A stretch of DNA of 34,585 nt from Candidatus Altiarchaeota archaeon (GTDB taxonomy: Archaea; Altiarchaeota; Altiarchaeia; IMC4; QMZM01): positions 1 through 34,585 of the forward strand of contig JAFGDV010000037.1 in assembly GCA_016931955.1 (NCBI GenBank), written 5' to 3'. The notes under the pieces are model-generated. The model was not told the DNA's origin. It searched no databases and saw only the letters and a program-made list of their open reading frames with translations. Below are positions 17,998 to 27,123 of this stretch, in pieces. A program made the position numbers and the translations under genes. Numbering within the stretch: position 1 is the stretch's first letter; the number at the start of each line of letters is the position of its first letter.

Positions 17998-19032
17998 ATG
18001 GATTATGGTTATGTGAACCCCTGGATTGAGGACATAGAATCCTACATCCCCGGGCAGACAATCGAAGGATGCATCAAGCTGGCGTCCAACGAAAATAGCT
18101 ATGGTCCCTCCCCGAGGGTTCTGAAGGCGATAGCACAGGCCAGTTCTTCACTGAATAGGTATCCCTACAAGGATGATGCTGTTCGAGAAAAAACAGCTCA
18201 ATACTGTAATGTAAAGAGAGATAACATCATACTAGGGAACGGCTCAGACGAGTTGATCGACTTAGTGGTGAAGACATTCAAGGGAGCGATTCTCTCCGTT
18301 TATCCGACATTCGCCACCTACCGGATCTCTTCGCAGATATCCAACAGGGAATACATTGAAGTTAGGCTTAATCCTGATCTATCCTTCCCCCTAGAAGAAT
18401 TCATCTCGAATTCAAGGAAGGCTGACATACTCTTTGTCTGTTCCCCCAACAACCCGACTGGGATGGTTCTCCCTGAGAAGGGGCTCAGGGAAATACTGGA
18501 CGAGGGGAAGATAACAGTTATTGATGAAGCCTACTTTGAATTCTATGGTAAGACAGCTGTTAAACTGCTTGATGACTATGATAACCTCATCGTTTTAAGG
18601 ACATTCGCCAAGGCGTTTGCTTTAGCCGGCCTGAGGATGGGTTACATAGTCGCCAATCCCACAATCACAGGGTTGCTCTACAAGGTGAAGCCACCCTTTA
18701 ATGTGAACTCCCTCGCCCAGGAGGCTGCCCTAGCAGCCCTAGATGACACCCAATACATGAAGTCAACAGTCAACAAGATCGTCGAAGACAGGGAATTTAT
18801 CTATAATAAAATCTCTGAGATGTTCAAGGCCTTCAAATCCCACGCCAACTTCATCCTAGTAGATACTACCCCCCTAAGTTCGGATGAATTTTATGGGAGG
18901 CTTCTGGAGAAAAAAATCATAGTCCGCAACCTCAAAAGATTTACGGGCTTCAGGGGAGAATACTGTAGGATAAGCATAGGCACGACAGGAGAAAACAGAA
19001 AACTTATCAAAGCAGTAAGCGAACTCTGCTAG
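17998..19032 (+). CDS. hisC: Histidinol-phosphate aminotransferase
   Basis: IKLASNENSYG, GNGSDELI, CSPNNPTG, IDEAYFEF, LRTFAKAFALAGLRMGY (PLP lysine). Confidence 0.92.
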   Translation: MDYGYVNPWIEDIESYIPGQTIEGCIKLASNENSYGPSPRVLKAIAQASSSLNRYPYKDDAVREKTAQYCNVKRDNIILGNGSDELIDLVVKTFKGAILSVYPTFATYRISSQISNREYIEVRLNPDLSFPLEEFISNSRKADILFVCSPNNPTGMVLPEKGLREILDEGKITVIDEAYFEFYGKTAVKLLDDYDNLIVLRTFAKAFALAGLRMGYIVANPTITGLLYKVKPPFNVNSLAQEAALAALDDTQYMKSTVNKIVEDREFIYNKISEMFKAFKSHANFILVDTTPLSSDEFYGRLLEKKIIVRNLKRFTGFRGEYCRISIGTTGENRKLIKAVSELC

Positions 19033-19041
19033 TATATATCC
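19030..19041 (+). promoter_or_regulatory. Putative TATA box of tRNA-Pro (TAGTATATATCC)
   Basis: Overlaps the hisC stop codon and lies 30-40 nt upstream of the mature tRNA 5' end. Confidence 0.55.
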
Positions 19042-19071
19042 CCCAGTTACCATATCCTTTATCGTCGATTT

Positions 19072-19146
19072 GGGACCGTAGGGTAGCTTGGCTTATCCTT
19101 CCAGCTTTGGGAGCTGGTGACCCGAGTTCGAATCTCGGCGGTCCCA
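19072..19146 (+). tRNA. tRNA-Pro (anticodon TGG), intronless, CCA not encoded
   Basis: Acceptor stem GGGACCG/CGGTCCC, anticodon arm CCAGC-TT-TGG-GA-GCTGG, T arm CCGAG-TTCGAAT-CTCGG. Confidence 0.97.
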
Positions 19147-19592
19147 CTACCACCTTTTTCTTAGAAAGAAAAACGTGGACGAAAAAGAAAGGAATCTGCC
19201 GAAGGCAGATTCTTAGGGTTGATAAGGGCATACCTGCCCTTATGTGTCGAATCTCGGCGGTCCCATAGCCCTTTTCTCTAGGAAAGAAAAGTGCTATCAT
19301 CAGCAAGATGCTAAGCATCTTGTCTGAGTTGAGGCCAACAGACCTCATCATCCCCAAAGAAACGGAAATTCGCTTCGAGAATTCTTAGGGTTGATAAGGG
19401 CATTTGATGCCCTTATTTCGGGATCTCAGCGGTCCCATTGCCTTCAGCCTTTCTTTTCCGTGAGCGCAAAATCTCCGATTTTGGCGCCCAAAACTGCTAC
19501 AGCAGTTTGACGGAAAACGTGGACGAAAAAGAAAGGAATCTGCCGAAGGCAGATTCTTAGGGTTGATAAGGGCACAAGGTGCCCTTATGTTG
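19128..19592 (+). repeat. tRNA-linked array: tRNA 3'-end copies separating hairpin-rich cassettes
   Basis: TCGAATCTCGGCGGTCCCA at 19128-19146 and 19247-19265, with a degenerate copy at ~19417-19437. A 61-nt exact direct repeat (19170-19230 = 19514-19574). Three copies of ATTCTTAGGGTTGATAAGGGCA-loop-TGCCCTTAT. Confidence 0.9.
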
Positions 19593-20630
19593 TTATCTAT
19601 TTGTCTCCTCGTTGTTTGTTATCTTTTGGATGTTCAGTCCCATGTAGACTGCGCATAGGAGCCCTATTATTAGGGGCAGCAGGAAGAGGCAGAATCTGTT
19701 TATTATTGTTGCTGCGGCTGCGGTGGCTTCAAGCATCTTTGGCTGTGCTATCAGTATGTATAATGCGGTGCTTGAACTCTCCCACACGCCTAATGCCCCG
19801 GGCATGAGCGGGAGAAAAGAGATGCCTGCGACAGTAGTTTCAACGATTAAAACAGTTGAGAACTCTATGGAGACACCAAGGGCAGTGAATATGAGGTATG
19901 TTCGCAGCATTCTCAGCCCCCAGACTATTAGCGACATTATGGTTCCAAAGAACAGGATGTAGTTATCTAACATATGCAATCTGACGGCTTCGTTGAATTT
20001 TCCAGACATCTGGTCGAACTCGGGCAGCACCTCTGTTATGTGTTTTTTCAGGAAATGGATTCCTGAAAGCAGGGTGGCGATCCTTTTCATGCTCTTCAGG
20101 AAGATGTCCTTCCTCGTAACCAGTGTTATTACGACAGCGAACAGAAGCAGCAATATCATGGCAATCGTGGCGAGGAAGAGGGCGAATAGCATCGAAACAC
20201 CCTTCACATATGTGAGGTATATGGCTATTCCGCTGAGTAGGAACATTGGGACGATCTCGAGGAAAAGATCCACGAGGACGCTTGATGCTGCAGTGGTTAA
20301 TGGTAGGTTATCTGTCTTCGAGATTATGTAGGCCTTAACTGGTTCACCCCCAGCAAGACCTATTGGTGTTATGCCATTCATGAAGTATCCTACGAATGTT
20401 GCTGGCAGCAGATTGCGCATTGAGACGTTCGAGTGCCTTAGGACGAGGCGCCATTTAAATGAGGATACGATATTAGAGGTTAACTGTATTGTCAGGATTA
20501 ATAAAAGGTAACCTGGAGAGATCTTTTTTAACTCCTCCAGAAACTGGTCGAAATCAACAAGGTATAGTGTCAGAAACACCAGCAGCAAGCCGATAAGTGA
20601 GAGGAGAATTGCTTTACGTCGCATTTTCAC
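19593..20630 (-). CDS. Lysylphosphatidylglycerol synthase TM / UPF0104 flippase-like membrane protein
   Basis: Multi-TM protein with KWRLVL, GYFMNGITPIGLAGGEPVKAY and PLMPGALGVWE; adjacent to a glycosyltransferase. Confidence 0.88.
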   Translation of the reverse strand: MKMRRKAILLSLIGLLLVFLTLYLVDFDQFLEELKKISPGYLLLILTIQLTSNIVSSFKWRLVLRHSNVSMRNLLPATFVGYFMNGITPIGLAGGEPVKAYIISKTDNLPLTTAASSVLVDLFLEIVPMFLLSGIAIYLTYVKGVSMLFALFLATIAMILLLLFAVVITLVTRKDIFLKSMKRIATLLSGIHFLKKHITEVLPEFDQMSGKFNEAVRLHMLDNYILFFGTIMSLIVWGLRMLRTYLIFTALGVSIEFSTVLIVETTVAGISFLPLMPGALGVWESSSTALYILIAQPKMLEATAAAATIINRFCLFLLPLIIGLLCAVYMGLNIQKITNNEETNR

Positions 20631-21679
20631 ATAAGGGATTCATAGATCTTGACTAGTTTTTCGACAGATTTGTTGATGTCCCTCTTCTTAACCTCCTCCA
20701 ATGATTTTTCGCCGATTTCCTCCCTGATTCCATTATTCTCAAAGAGGTATCTGGTCTGTTCTATGAGTTTTTCTACTGTGTTGCAGGCGATGCCGCCTGA
20801 GCCCACGACCTCCATGAGCACTGGATTGTCTGAAATCAATACGGGTTTTTTGAAGAGCATGGCTTCTTGAGCTACTAATCCCTCAGTCTCGATGAGTGAC
20901 GGCATTAGGAGCATTGAGCACTCATTGAATGCCGCCAACTTGTCTTCATGATCTAAAAACTTGTAGAAGTGTATGTTATCCTTCTCATGTATCCTCTTCT
21001 CGAGTGTTCCTTTACCCACTATGACGAATTCTCGGTCGGGTATTTTCTCTGCCGCTTCTATCACCCAATTGATCCTCTTTGAGGCGTCTATTCTCCCCAG
21101 GTAGAAGGCGAATTCTCCCTTTATGCCGTATTTTTCCTTGAAGTTTATCCTAGGCTTGAGGTTTTCTATTGATTCTGAGGAGTTCATTCCGTTGGGGACT
21201 ACTTCAGCCCGCGCTTTAAGCCCCCTTTCCCTGTACATCTCCTTGGTGGCGTTTGTCTGGCAGACTACGACGTCGAATCTGTTGAAGAAGGATAAAACGT
21301 ACCACCAAGCAAGGTTCTGGAAGACTCGTGGTTGTTTGTGGCCGAACACGCCCTCCAGTAGGTGGTAGGGATGCAGGTGTGTTGTAGTGACCTTCTTTGC
21401 ATTTAGGAATGAGGAGTAGAGGCCAAGGGAATAGGCGGTATGAACGTGCATGATGTCCGCATCAACTTTTCTGAAGGTCGGCAATATGATGTCGTAGTCC
21501 CTCTGAAAGGGTGCGGGTATGTTGGGGAGGGATTTCACAGGGAAACTGTATTCTCTCGTGACCCTCCCTGTTAGGACTTCAATGTCCATGTGCTTCTGTA
21601 GTAAAGGTACAATGCTTTTGATGTAGGTGGTAACGCCATTAAACTGCTCGAATGTATCAGAAACCCATACTACTTTCAT
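20627..21679 (-). CDS. Glycosyltransferase family 4 (GT-B)
   Basis: MKVVWVSDTF..NGV, DIMHVHT, YLGRIDASKRI, MPSLIETEGLVAQEAM. Confidence 0.92.
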   Translation of the reverse strand: MKVVWVSDTFEQFNGVTTYIKSIVPLLQKHMDIEVLTGRVTREYSFPVKSLPNIPAPFQRDYDIILPTFRKVDADIMHVHTAYSLGLYSSFLNAKKVTTTHLHPYHLLEGVFGHKQPRVFQNLAWWYVLSFFNRFDVVVCQTNATKEMYRERGLKARAEVVPNGMNSSESIENLKPRINFKEKYGIKGEFAFYLGRIDASKRINWVIEAAEKIPDREFVIVGKGTLEKRIHEKDNIHFYKFLDHEDKLAAFNECSMLLMPSLIETEGLVAQEAMLFKKPVLISDNPVLMEVVGSGGIACNTVEKLIEQTRYLFENNGIREEIGEKSLEEVKKRDINKSVEKLVKIYESLM

Positions 21680-21684
21680 CCTGC

Positions 21685-22968
21685 CTACTCCTCTCCCCCT
21701 TCTTCAACCTCGATGTCTTCTACGACCGGCGTAAACATGAAGTATTTTTCTACATACTTGCGCATCTCGTCGTCGGAGATGCAGGATCTACGGTCTTCTT
21801 CGTCGTAGAGCCTGTGGATATCATGGTATATCCGCATTATCCTCGGATCCTTTTTTTCGATTTTAATTTGTACGCCCATAAGTTCCTCTGCTATATCCTC
21901 AACCTTCTTTCGTATTACCTCCGTGCCTGAGGAGTCGCCTATCATAAGCCTCCGCTCCCCTCCAACAGACTCTGGGGGGAATGGCTCATATATCAACGGG
22001 TTCTTTATCACAGCCGCTGTATGTATCCCTGATTCGTGGGCGAAGACGTTTTTTCCAACAACTGCTTTGTTTCTTGGGACGAAGATTCGGGCTTCTTTTT
22101 CCATGAACCTGGCGAATTCGACAAGGCATTCTGTGTTGTATCTATCGAAGCCCTTGACCCTGTTGACGAAGAAGACTATTATCTTCTCAAGTTCGCTGTT
22201 TCCTGCCCTCTCGCCTATCCCTAAGAATGTCAGATTCGACCAGTTTGCGCCATACCAGTAGGCTGCAAGTGAATTGGATACTCCCATGCCGAAGTCATCG
22301 TGGATGTGGCTTTCTATGTTTTTGACGCCAATCCCTCGCAGGCTTTTGACAATCTCTGGAATACCGTAGGGTAGGTCTACTTCTGGGAAGGGCATCCCCA
22401 AGCCGAGGGTGTCGCATATTCTTATTATCGTATTCTTGTCCCGGGAAATTATCTCTTTTACTAGGGGGATTGTGAAGCCCTTGAAGTCAGATCTTGTGAT
22501 GTCTTCCAGGTGGCATCGAGCCCTGAGGTCGTGGTCTAATGCATAGTCAAGGGCTTTCAAGTAGTGCTCCATCGCATCTTCTTTGCTTTTGAATTCAATC
22601 TTGTCGAACAGGTGTATGTCTGACACGGACATTAGGATGCCCGTTTCATCTATTCCATCGAATCCAAGTATGATGTCTATGTCTTTTGTATTCGCTCTCG
22701 CCCAGGCAGTAACCTCTGGGTATTTGTATCCCCTGTCAAGCATTTCCCTGGCTACTGCTTTATCCCTGTCCTTGTAGAGGAAGCATTCGATCTTTTCGAT
22801 CCCGATCTTGTGCAGGTATTCGTAGACTTGGAGTTTTGTCTTCTTTGTCATGATGACTCCCGGCATCTGTGCCCCGTCTCTGATAGTGCTGTCGCTTATC
22901 CTTATCTCCTGTTTTAAGGGCAGCTCTACTTTTGGCATGTCATCATAGCTTCTGAACATTTCGTTCAC
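21685..22968 (-). CDS. DRE-TIM metallolyase, probable Re-citrate synthase-like enzyme (IPMS/homocitrate synthase superfamily)
   Basis: DSTIRDGAQ, HIHDDFGMG, GIGERAGN, FAHESGIH. FLY, YPEVTAWARA, ETGILMSVSD and RCHLEDITR resemble Re-citrate synthases. No LeuA regulatory domain. The likely start is ATG 22959, behind AAGGTGA. Confidence 0.8.
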   Translation of the reverse strand: MNEMFRSYDDMPKVELPLKQEIRISDSTIRDGAQMPGVIMTKKTKLQVYEYLHKIGIEKIECFLYKDRDKAVAREMLDRGYKYPEVTAWARANTKDIDIILGFDGIDETGILMSVSDIHLFDKIEFKSKEDAMEHYLKALDYALDHDLRARCHLEDITRSDFKGFTIPLVKEIISRDKNTIIRICDTLGLGMPFPEVDLPYGIPEIVKSLRGIGVKNIESHIHDDFGMGVSNSLAAYWYGANWSNLTFLGIGERAGNSELEKIIVFFVNRVKGFDRYNTECLVEFARFMEKEARIFVPRNKAVVGKNVFAHESGIHTAAVIKNPLIYEPFPPESVGGERRLMIGDSSGTEVIRKKVEDIAEELMGVQIKIEKKDPRIMRIYHDIHRLYDEEDRRSCISDDEMRKYVEKYFMFTPVVEDIEVEEGGEE

Positions 22969-23006
22969 CTTTACTACTATTAATAATTGAGGTTGATAAA
23001 CTACAA

Positions 23007-23873
23007 CTATCTTTCAACTATTTTGACGAAGGCGTCGAATAGTGGTGTGTCGGTAGTCACAGAGAGGAAATTAACCCCTGCGTCATCACAGATCTTCCTC
23101 ACCCCCCCCATGTGTTGCTTGATCTTCTTTAGATACTGCTTCTTGAATTCTGGGCTAAGGTAGGTCCTCTCGCTTTCTGAACTCTCCATGTCTTCGAATT
23201 TTATGTCATCTGTCCACTTTAGCGTTATCTCCCCCGGATCAAGGGTCTGGACTAGGATAGCTTCCTTTGAGTATTTTGCTATCCGGTATATGGCATATTC
23301 TAGGGACTCCATGGGCTCGATGAAGTCGGAGATTATGACGATAAAGGACCTGGATTTTATCATTTTAGTATACTGCTCTATGCATCTTTCAAGGTTTGTC
23401 TGTCCCCCCTGTTTTGACTTATCAAGTATCTCAACCAGCCTGAAGAATTGCATCTTTCCCTTCTTGGGTTGCATAATATCGGTCACTCTGTTAGAAAACA
23501 AGGCGGCACCGAATTTCTCGTACCTGGCCACTGCTAAGTAGGCGAAGCCTACGGCGATGCTTCCCGCATAATCAAATTTCCTCATCCCAGAAACAGCGAA
23601 ATCCATGCTCGCACTGGAGTCAACTAGCAGGTGCAATATGAGGTCTTTTTCTTCCTCGAAGCGTCTTATGTAGAGCCTTTCAGTTCTCGCGTATACCCTC
23701 CAATCAATGGACCTGAAGTCGTCTCCTGGATAATATTCCCTGTAGTCGGCTATCTCTATGCCTCTGCCCTGCCTTATTGAGCGTCTGCTCCCCATGTAGA
23801 TGCTTGAGACCTTCTTTCTAGCTAGTAGGTCAAGTCTTTTGAGCTGGTCTAAAAAGGTGGAATCGACAGCCAC
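23007..23873 (-). CDS. DUF58 family protein (MoxR-associated, vWA-like)
   Basis: GRGIEIADYREYYPGDDFRSIDWRVYART, LLVDSSASMDF, IVIISDF. Confidence 0.93.
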   Translation of the reverse strand: MAVDSTFLDQLKRLDLLARKKVSSIYMGSRRSIRQGRGIEIADYREYYPGDDFRSIDWRVYARTERLYIRRFEEEKDLILHLLVDSSASMDFAVSGMRKFDYAGSIAVGFAYLAVARYEKFGAALFSNRVTDIMQPKKGKMQFFRLVEILDKSKQGGQTNLERCIEQYTKMIKSRSFIVIISDFIEPMESLEYAIYRIAKYSKEAILVQTLDPGEITLKWTDDIKFEDMESSESERTYLSPEFKKQYLKKIKQHMGGVRKICDDAGVNFLSVTTDTPLFDAFVKIVER

Positions 23874-23874
23874 T

Positions 23875-24957
23875 CTACAACCCCTTCAACATCTCAGTTA
23901 TGACGTCGTCTGTCGTTACACCCTTACGCTCTGATTCGAAATTCAGTATCAGCCTATGGCGCAGAACCGGATAAGCCATAGCCTTTATGTCTTCCCGGCT
24001 GACGTAATTCCTGCCGTTGATTAGTGCCCTAGCCTTTGCTGCTAGAACCAAACCTATTGTAGCCCTTGGCGATGCCCCATAGTCCAGGTATTTCTTCGCG
24101 ACGTCGCCTGAAATGGGCCTGGTCTTTGTCACAATAGACAGGGCGTACCTTTTTATCTCATCAGCGATGGGGACCTTACGCGTTAGTTCTTGGATTAGCA
24201 GTAGTTTATCCTTGCTCAGCGCTTTTGTTATCGCAGGCGTTGATCCTCCGGTGTATAGGTCGAGGATTCTGCCTTCGTCTTCGGGCTTTGGGTAGCCTAC
24301 AAGGATTTTAAGCAGGAATCTGTCAACCTGTGCCTCAGGTAGTGGATATGTTCCCTCCATCTCAATGGGGTTCTGTGTTGCCAAAACGATGAATGGATTA
24401 TCCAGTGGATAGGTGGATGTACCAACTGAGACCTGTTTCTCCTGCATGGCCTCCAATAATGCCGACTGCGTTTTTGGGGTTGCCCGGTTTATCTCATCAG
24501 CCAGCAGGATGTTTGTGAAAACCGGCCCCTTCTCGAACTTAAACACCTTCCTACCGTCGCGTTCCTCCACAACATAGGTCCCAGTTATGTCGGAAGGCAT
24601 CAGGTCGGGTGTACACTGTACTCTCTTAAAGTCTAGATCCATTATCCTCGATAGTGTACTTATCATCAGCGTCTTCCCCAGTCCGGGGAATCCCTCAAGG
24701 AGCGCATGGTTTTTCGTGAATATGGCAATGAGTATCTGCTCTATTACCTCCTCCTGTCCTGCTATGACGTTTCTTACCTCTTTTCGGATCTCATCGTATA
24801 TGTCCTTCATCTTGTGGTAGACTTCCTTGACTTCGTGTCTTTCGGAGGGCACATCCAAGAGGTTTACTGGTCTCCCCTGTCTTTCTTGTTCCCCTCTTAT
24901 GCTCTCTATCTCCGACCATATGCTCCCACCTATCTTTGTTTGTTGTTTGTCTCTCAT
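23875..24957 (-). CDS. moxR: MoxR family AAA+ ATPase
   Basis: LEGFPGLGKT, RVQCTPDLMPSDITG, LADEINRATPKTQSALLEAMQE, ATQNPIEMEGTYPLPEAQVDRF, GASPRA. Confidence 0.95.
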   Translation of the reverse strand: MRDKQQTKIGGSIWSEIESIRGEQERQGRPVNLLDVPSERHEVKEVYHKMKDIYDEIRKEVRNVIAGQEEVIEQILIAIFTKNHALLEGFPGLGKTLMISTLSRIMDLDFKRVQCTPDLMPSDITGTYVVEERDGRKVFKFEKGPVFTNILLADEINRATPKTQSALLEAMQEKQVSVGTSTYPLDNPFIVLATQNPIEMEGTYPLPEAQVDRFLLKILVGYPKPEDEGRILDLYTGGSTPAITKALSKDKLLLIQELTRKVPIADEIKRYALSIVTKTRPISGDVAKKYLDYGASPRATIGLVLAAKARALINGRNYVSREDIKAMAYPVLRHRLILNFESERKGVTTDDVITEMLKGL

Positions 24958-24959
24958 TT

Positions 24960-25877
24960 CTATTCCTGCGTTATTTTTTGTAGTGATTGGAAGTAGGCCT
25001 TGATCAATTCCCTATACTCTACGGGGTCTTGTTCCGGGATTTCAGCTGATTTGCCCTTGAGGTCGCCAGCGAACTCTCCTTTTAGTCTCTCTTCGCCGAC
25101 GTCTTTGATCTCGATCTCTCCGCCATATTCTGGATGCATCTCCATGTCCATGTTTTTCCCGGCTATCTTCGCAGAGGATTCTTCACCGTATATGTCTGAG
25201 CCGCCTTCTTCTCCCGTTCCTCCGCCGAATCCGGGAATCGGTCCCTCGTTGACGCCAGGTAACTCTCCTCCAATATCCCCACCAACCATCTCGTCTTCTA
25301 CCTTGTGTTTTGTCTCGAATCTTTCGTCTTCGCTCGCATGGAAGCTGTCGTCTGGTTGTATGTCGAAGCCGGTGAAGTCTTCTATCCTGTCTATGAGGTC
25401 CTTGTCTATGAATCCTCTGAGGTTGAACCCTAGGTCTTCGATGTTTATAAAGTTTATGGAGAGAAAGACAAAAACCAAGACGATCGCTATTATGGCCCTG
25501 GACATTAGCTCGTTCGTGTTGAGGAAGGATGAATACCTCACATCATCCATCTTCTTAGAGACCTCCTTTATGAGGCTGTCGACGATTACATTATGGGTCC
25601 TTCTATTATCGTATGCCGTTTGCAGTCTCTCATCTAGTGCTGGGTAGCTTTTTATCACGGAGTTGATGAGGTTCAACTTATGTAGGCGATACATTAAACC
25701 TATTATGGCGTAGATGATTGCTGGGCAGGCTGCTATGATCGCAGCTATCCCGAACAACCTTAGGATTACTGCAAACACAAGGAAGACTATGAGTGAGTTG
25801 AGGATGGTACCTAGCAGGTTTATCTTGAACGCTAGCCTCTTAACCTCTGTCAGCCTTAGGATTATCGGGTCTTTCAT
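24960..25877 (-). CDS. MoxR-cluster membrane protein with acidic Gly-rich C-terminus
   Basis: Three hydrophobic segments, YPALDERLQTAYDN, an acidic tail and terminal YRELIKAYF. Start moved to ATG 25877, just after the upstream stop. Confidence 0.75.
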   Translation of the reverse strand: MKDPIILRLTEVKRLAFKINLLGTILNSLIVFLVFAVILRLFGIAAIIAACPAIIYAIIGLMYRLHKLNLINSVIKSYPALDERLQTAYDNRRTHNVIVDSLIKEVSKKMDDVRYSSFLNTNELMSRAIIAIVLVFVFLSINFINIEDLGFNLRGFIDKDLIDRIEDFTGFDIQPDDSFHASEDERFETKHKVEDEMVGGDIGGELPGVNEGPIPGFGGGTGEEGGSDIYGEESSAKIAGKNMDMEMHPEYGGEIEIKDVGEERLKGEFAGDLKGKSAEIPEQDPVEYRELIKAYFQSLQKITQE

Positions 25878-25878
25878 C

Positions 25879-26535
25879 TTAGGTCTTGATTTTATCTGCT
25901 TCTTCTTCGAATTTGATGATAATTGTTTGGAGTTCTTGGATGAGTTCTTCAAGCTCGTCTTTTTCTCCTTCGCAGGTTAGTTCTCCGCAGTCCAAGTCTT
26001 CTAGGGCCGTCATTGTCTCCTCAAGCTTGGAGGTTATGTTTTCTACGTATGTTTTCAGGCCTGCTACAGATTTTTTGCATTCTATGACCTTATTTTTTTC
26101 ATTGTTTAGGTTCATCTCTAAGAGATCTGAATCTTTTTCGCATATCCCCAGTTCCTGTTTTGTTGTTAGGTAGTCTGTTCTCCATTTGTCTCTGTCCTCT
26201 ACAGTGTCTGAGAGTTGATCCTGCAGTCCTTCCTTCTCTGTCTTTACTGTGGTGTAGTATCCCTCTAGTGATGTTTCCTTCTGTTTGCTCAGGTTTAGCT
26301 CGTTTATGATCTCTATCAGTGAGTTCTCTTTCTCTTGTAGTTCTAGGTCTTTTGCTTCTATCTCGGACTTTGTCTGGTTTAACTGGTCTTGGGCTTGCTC
26401 GAACATGTTCTTGAATTCTAGGTATTGTGCGTTGACCTTATGGTAGGTGTAGTCGCTGTAGAGCATGGTGCCTACCATCGCAGTCAACAGCAGGATTAGT
26501 AGGCCGAAAAATATGAAGTTCACGTCTTTCTTCAT
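25879..26535 (-). CDS. Membrane-anchored coiled-coil protein
   Basis: Single N-terminal TM helix followed by ~180 aa of heptad-rich sequence; first gene of the apparent MoxR operon. Confidence 0.75.
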   Translation of the reverse strand: MKKDVNFIFFGLLILLLTAMVGTMLYSDYTYHKVNAQYLEFKNMFEQAQDQLNQTKSEIEAKDLELQEKENSLIEIINELNLSKQKETSLEGYYTTVKTEKEGLQDQLSDTVEDRDKWRTDYLTTKQELGICEKDSDLLEMNLNNEKNKVIECKKSVAGLKTYVENITSKLEETMTALEDLDCGELTCEGEKDELEELIQELQTIIIKFEEEADKIKT

Positions 26536-26550
26536 TGGTTAGTTATTCGC

Positions 26551-26565
26551 ATTTCAGACTGAAAT
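26551..26565. promoter_or_regulatory. Perfect palindrome ATTTCAG-A-CTGAAAT, possible operator
   Basis: 7-1-7 inverted repeat in the 39-nt gap, 16-30 nt upstream of the 26535 start. Confidence 0.35.
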
Positions 26566-26574
26566 ACTTATCTC

Positions 26575-27123
26575 CTATGGAGCGCAGCTGAACTGGTATA
26601 TGGAGAACGACCCCGCTCCTATGAACAGCCAGTTGGCTATCTCCATCGCCATCATCACGATGATCAAACCCACTATGGCGTGGATTATCGTCGTCTTAGC
26701 CTCTTTCCTCGTCTGAGGGTCCTCCATGGACCCAGACCACCTAACACCCGCAAGCACGATCTGAAAAGCTGCGACACCCGCAGAAACGCCCCACAAAGTA
26801 ATTGCGATATTACAGAGTGTTTCATTTACTATCGCGGCAGGACTTCCACAGCAGACGTAAAAAACAAAGGGAAGGTCTAGATTACATGCAGGCATACACA
26901 TGGTGTCATCAACCCCCATACAATCCGCTGTCCAGCAACAATTAAATTCGCAGCCAACATAGCCAGCATCTATACATTCCTGGTTGAGCGTTCTTCCATC
27001 AGCAGGTGTCGACAAAATTATATTGCCCGATTTGCAGTTGTGAATGGTGCCCATAACGTTTCCTGCAAAGATAAGTAAAAACAATGCCACGAATAGTGTT
27101 CTAGACTTCATTTTATAGTTCAC
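26575..27123 (-). CDS. TrbC/VirB2-like pilin with Cys-rich N-terminal extension
   Basis: C-terminal two-helix hairpin IVLAGVRW-SGSMEDPQTRKEAK-TTIIHAIVGLIIV, typical of VirB2-like pilins; signal peptide and a Cys-rich segment come before it. Confidence 0.7.
   Translation of the reverse strand: MNYKMKSRTLFVALFLLIFAGNVMGTIHNCKSGNIILSTPADGRTLNQECIDAGYVGCEFNCCWTADCMGVDDTMCMPACNLDLPFVFYVCCGSPAAIVNETLCNIAITLWGVSAGVAAFQIVLAGVRWSGSMEDPQTRKEAKTTIIHAIVGLIIVMMAMEIANWLFIGAGSFSIYQFSCAP

Noticed and set aside
19007-19357. 116-aa minus-strand ORF
   Set aside because: Antisense to tRNA-Pro and the repeat array; GPPRFELG is a typical tRNA-shadow translation.
19128-19592. CRISPR array
   Set aside because: The repeats are tRNA-derived, the spacers are 100-155 nt, mutually related and palindromic, and there are no cas genes.
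25000-25647. 215-aa plus-strand ORF, and similar nested ORFs such as 764..1348, 13552..13998 and 27567..28076
   Set aside because: Opposite-strand shadows of well-supported genes, with no motifs.
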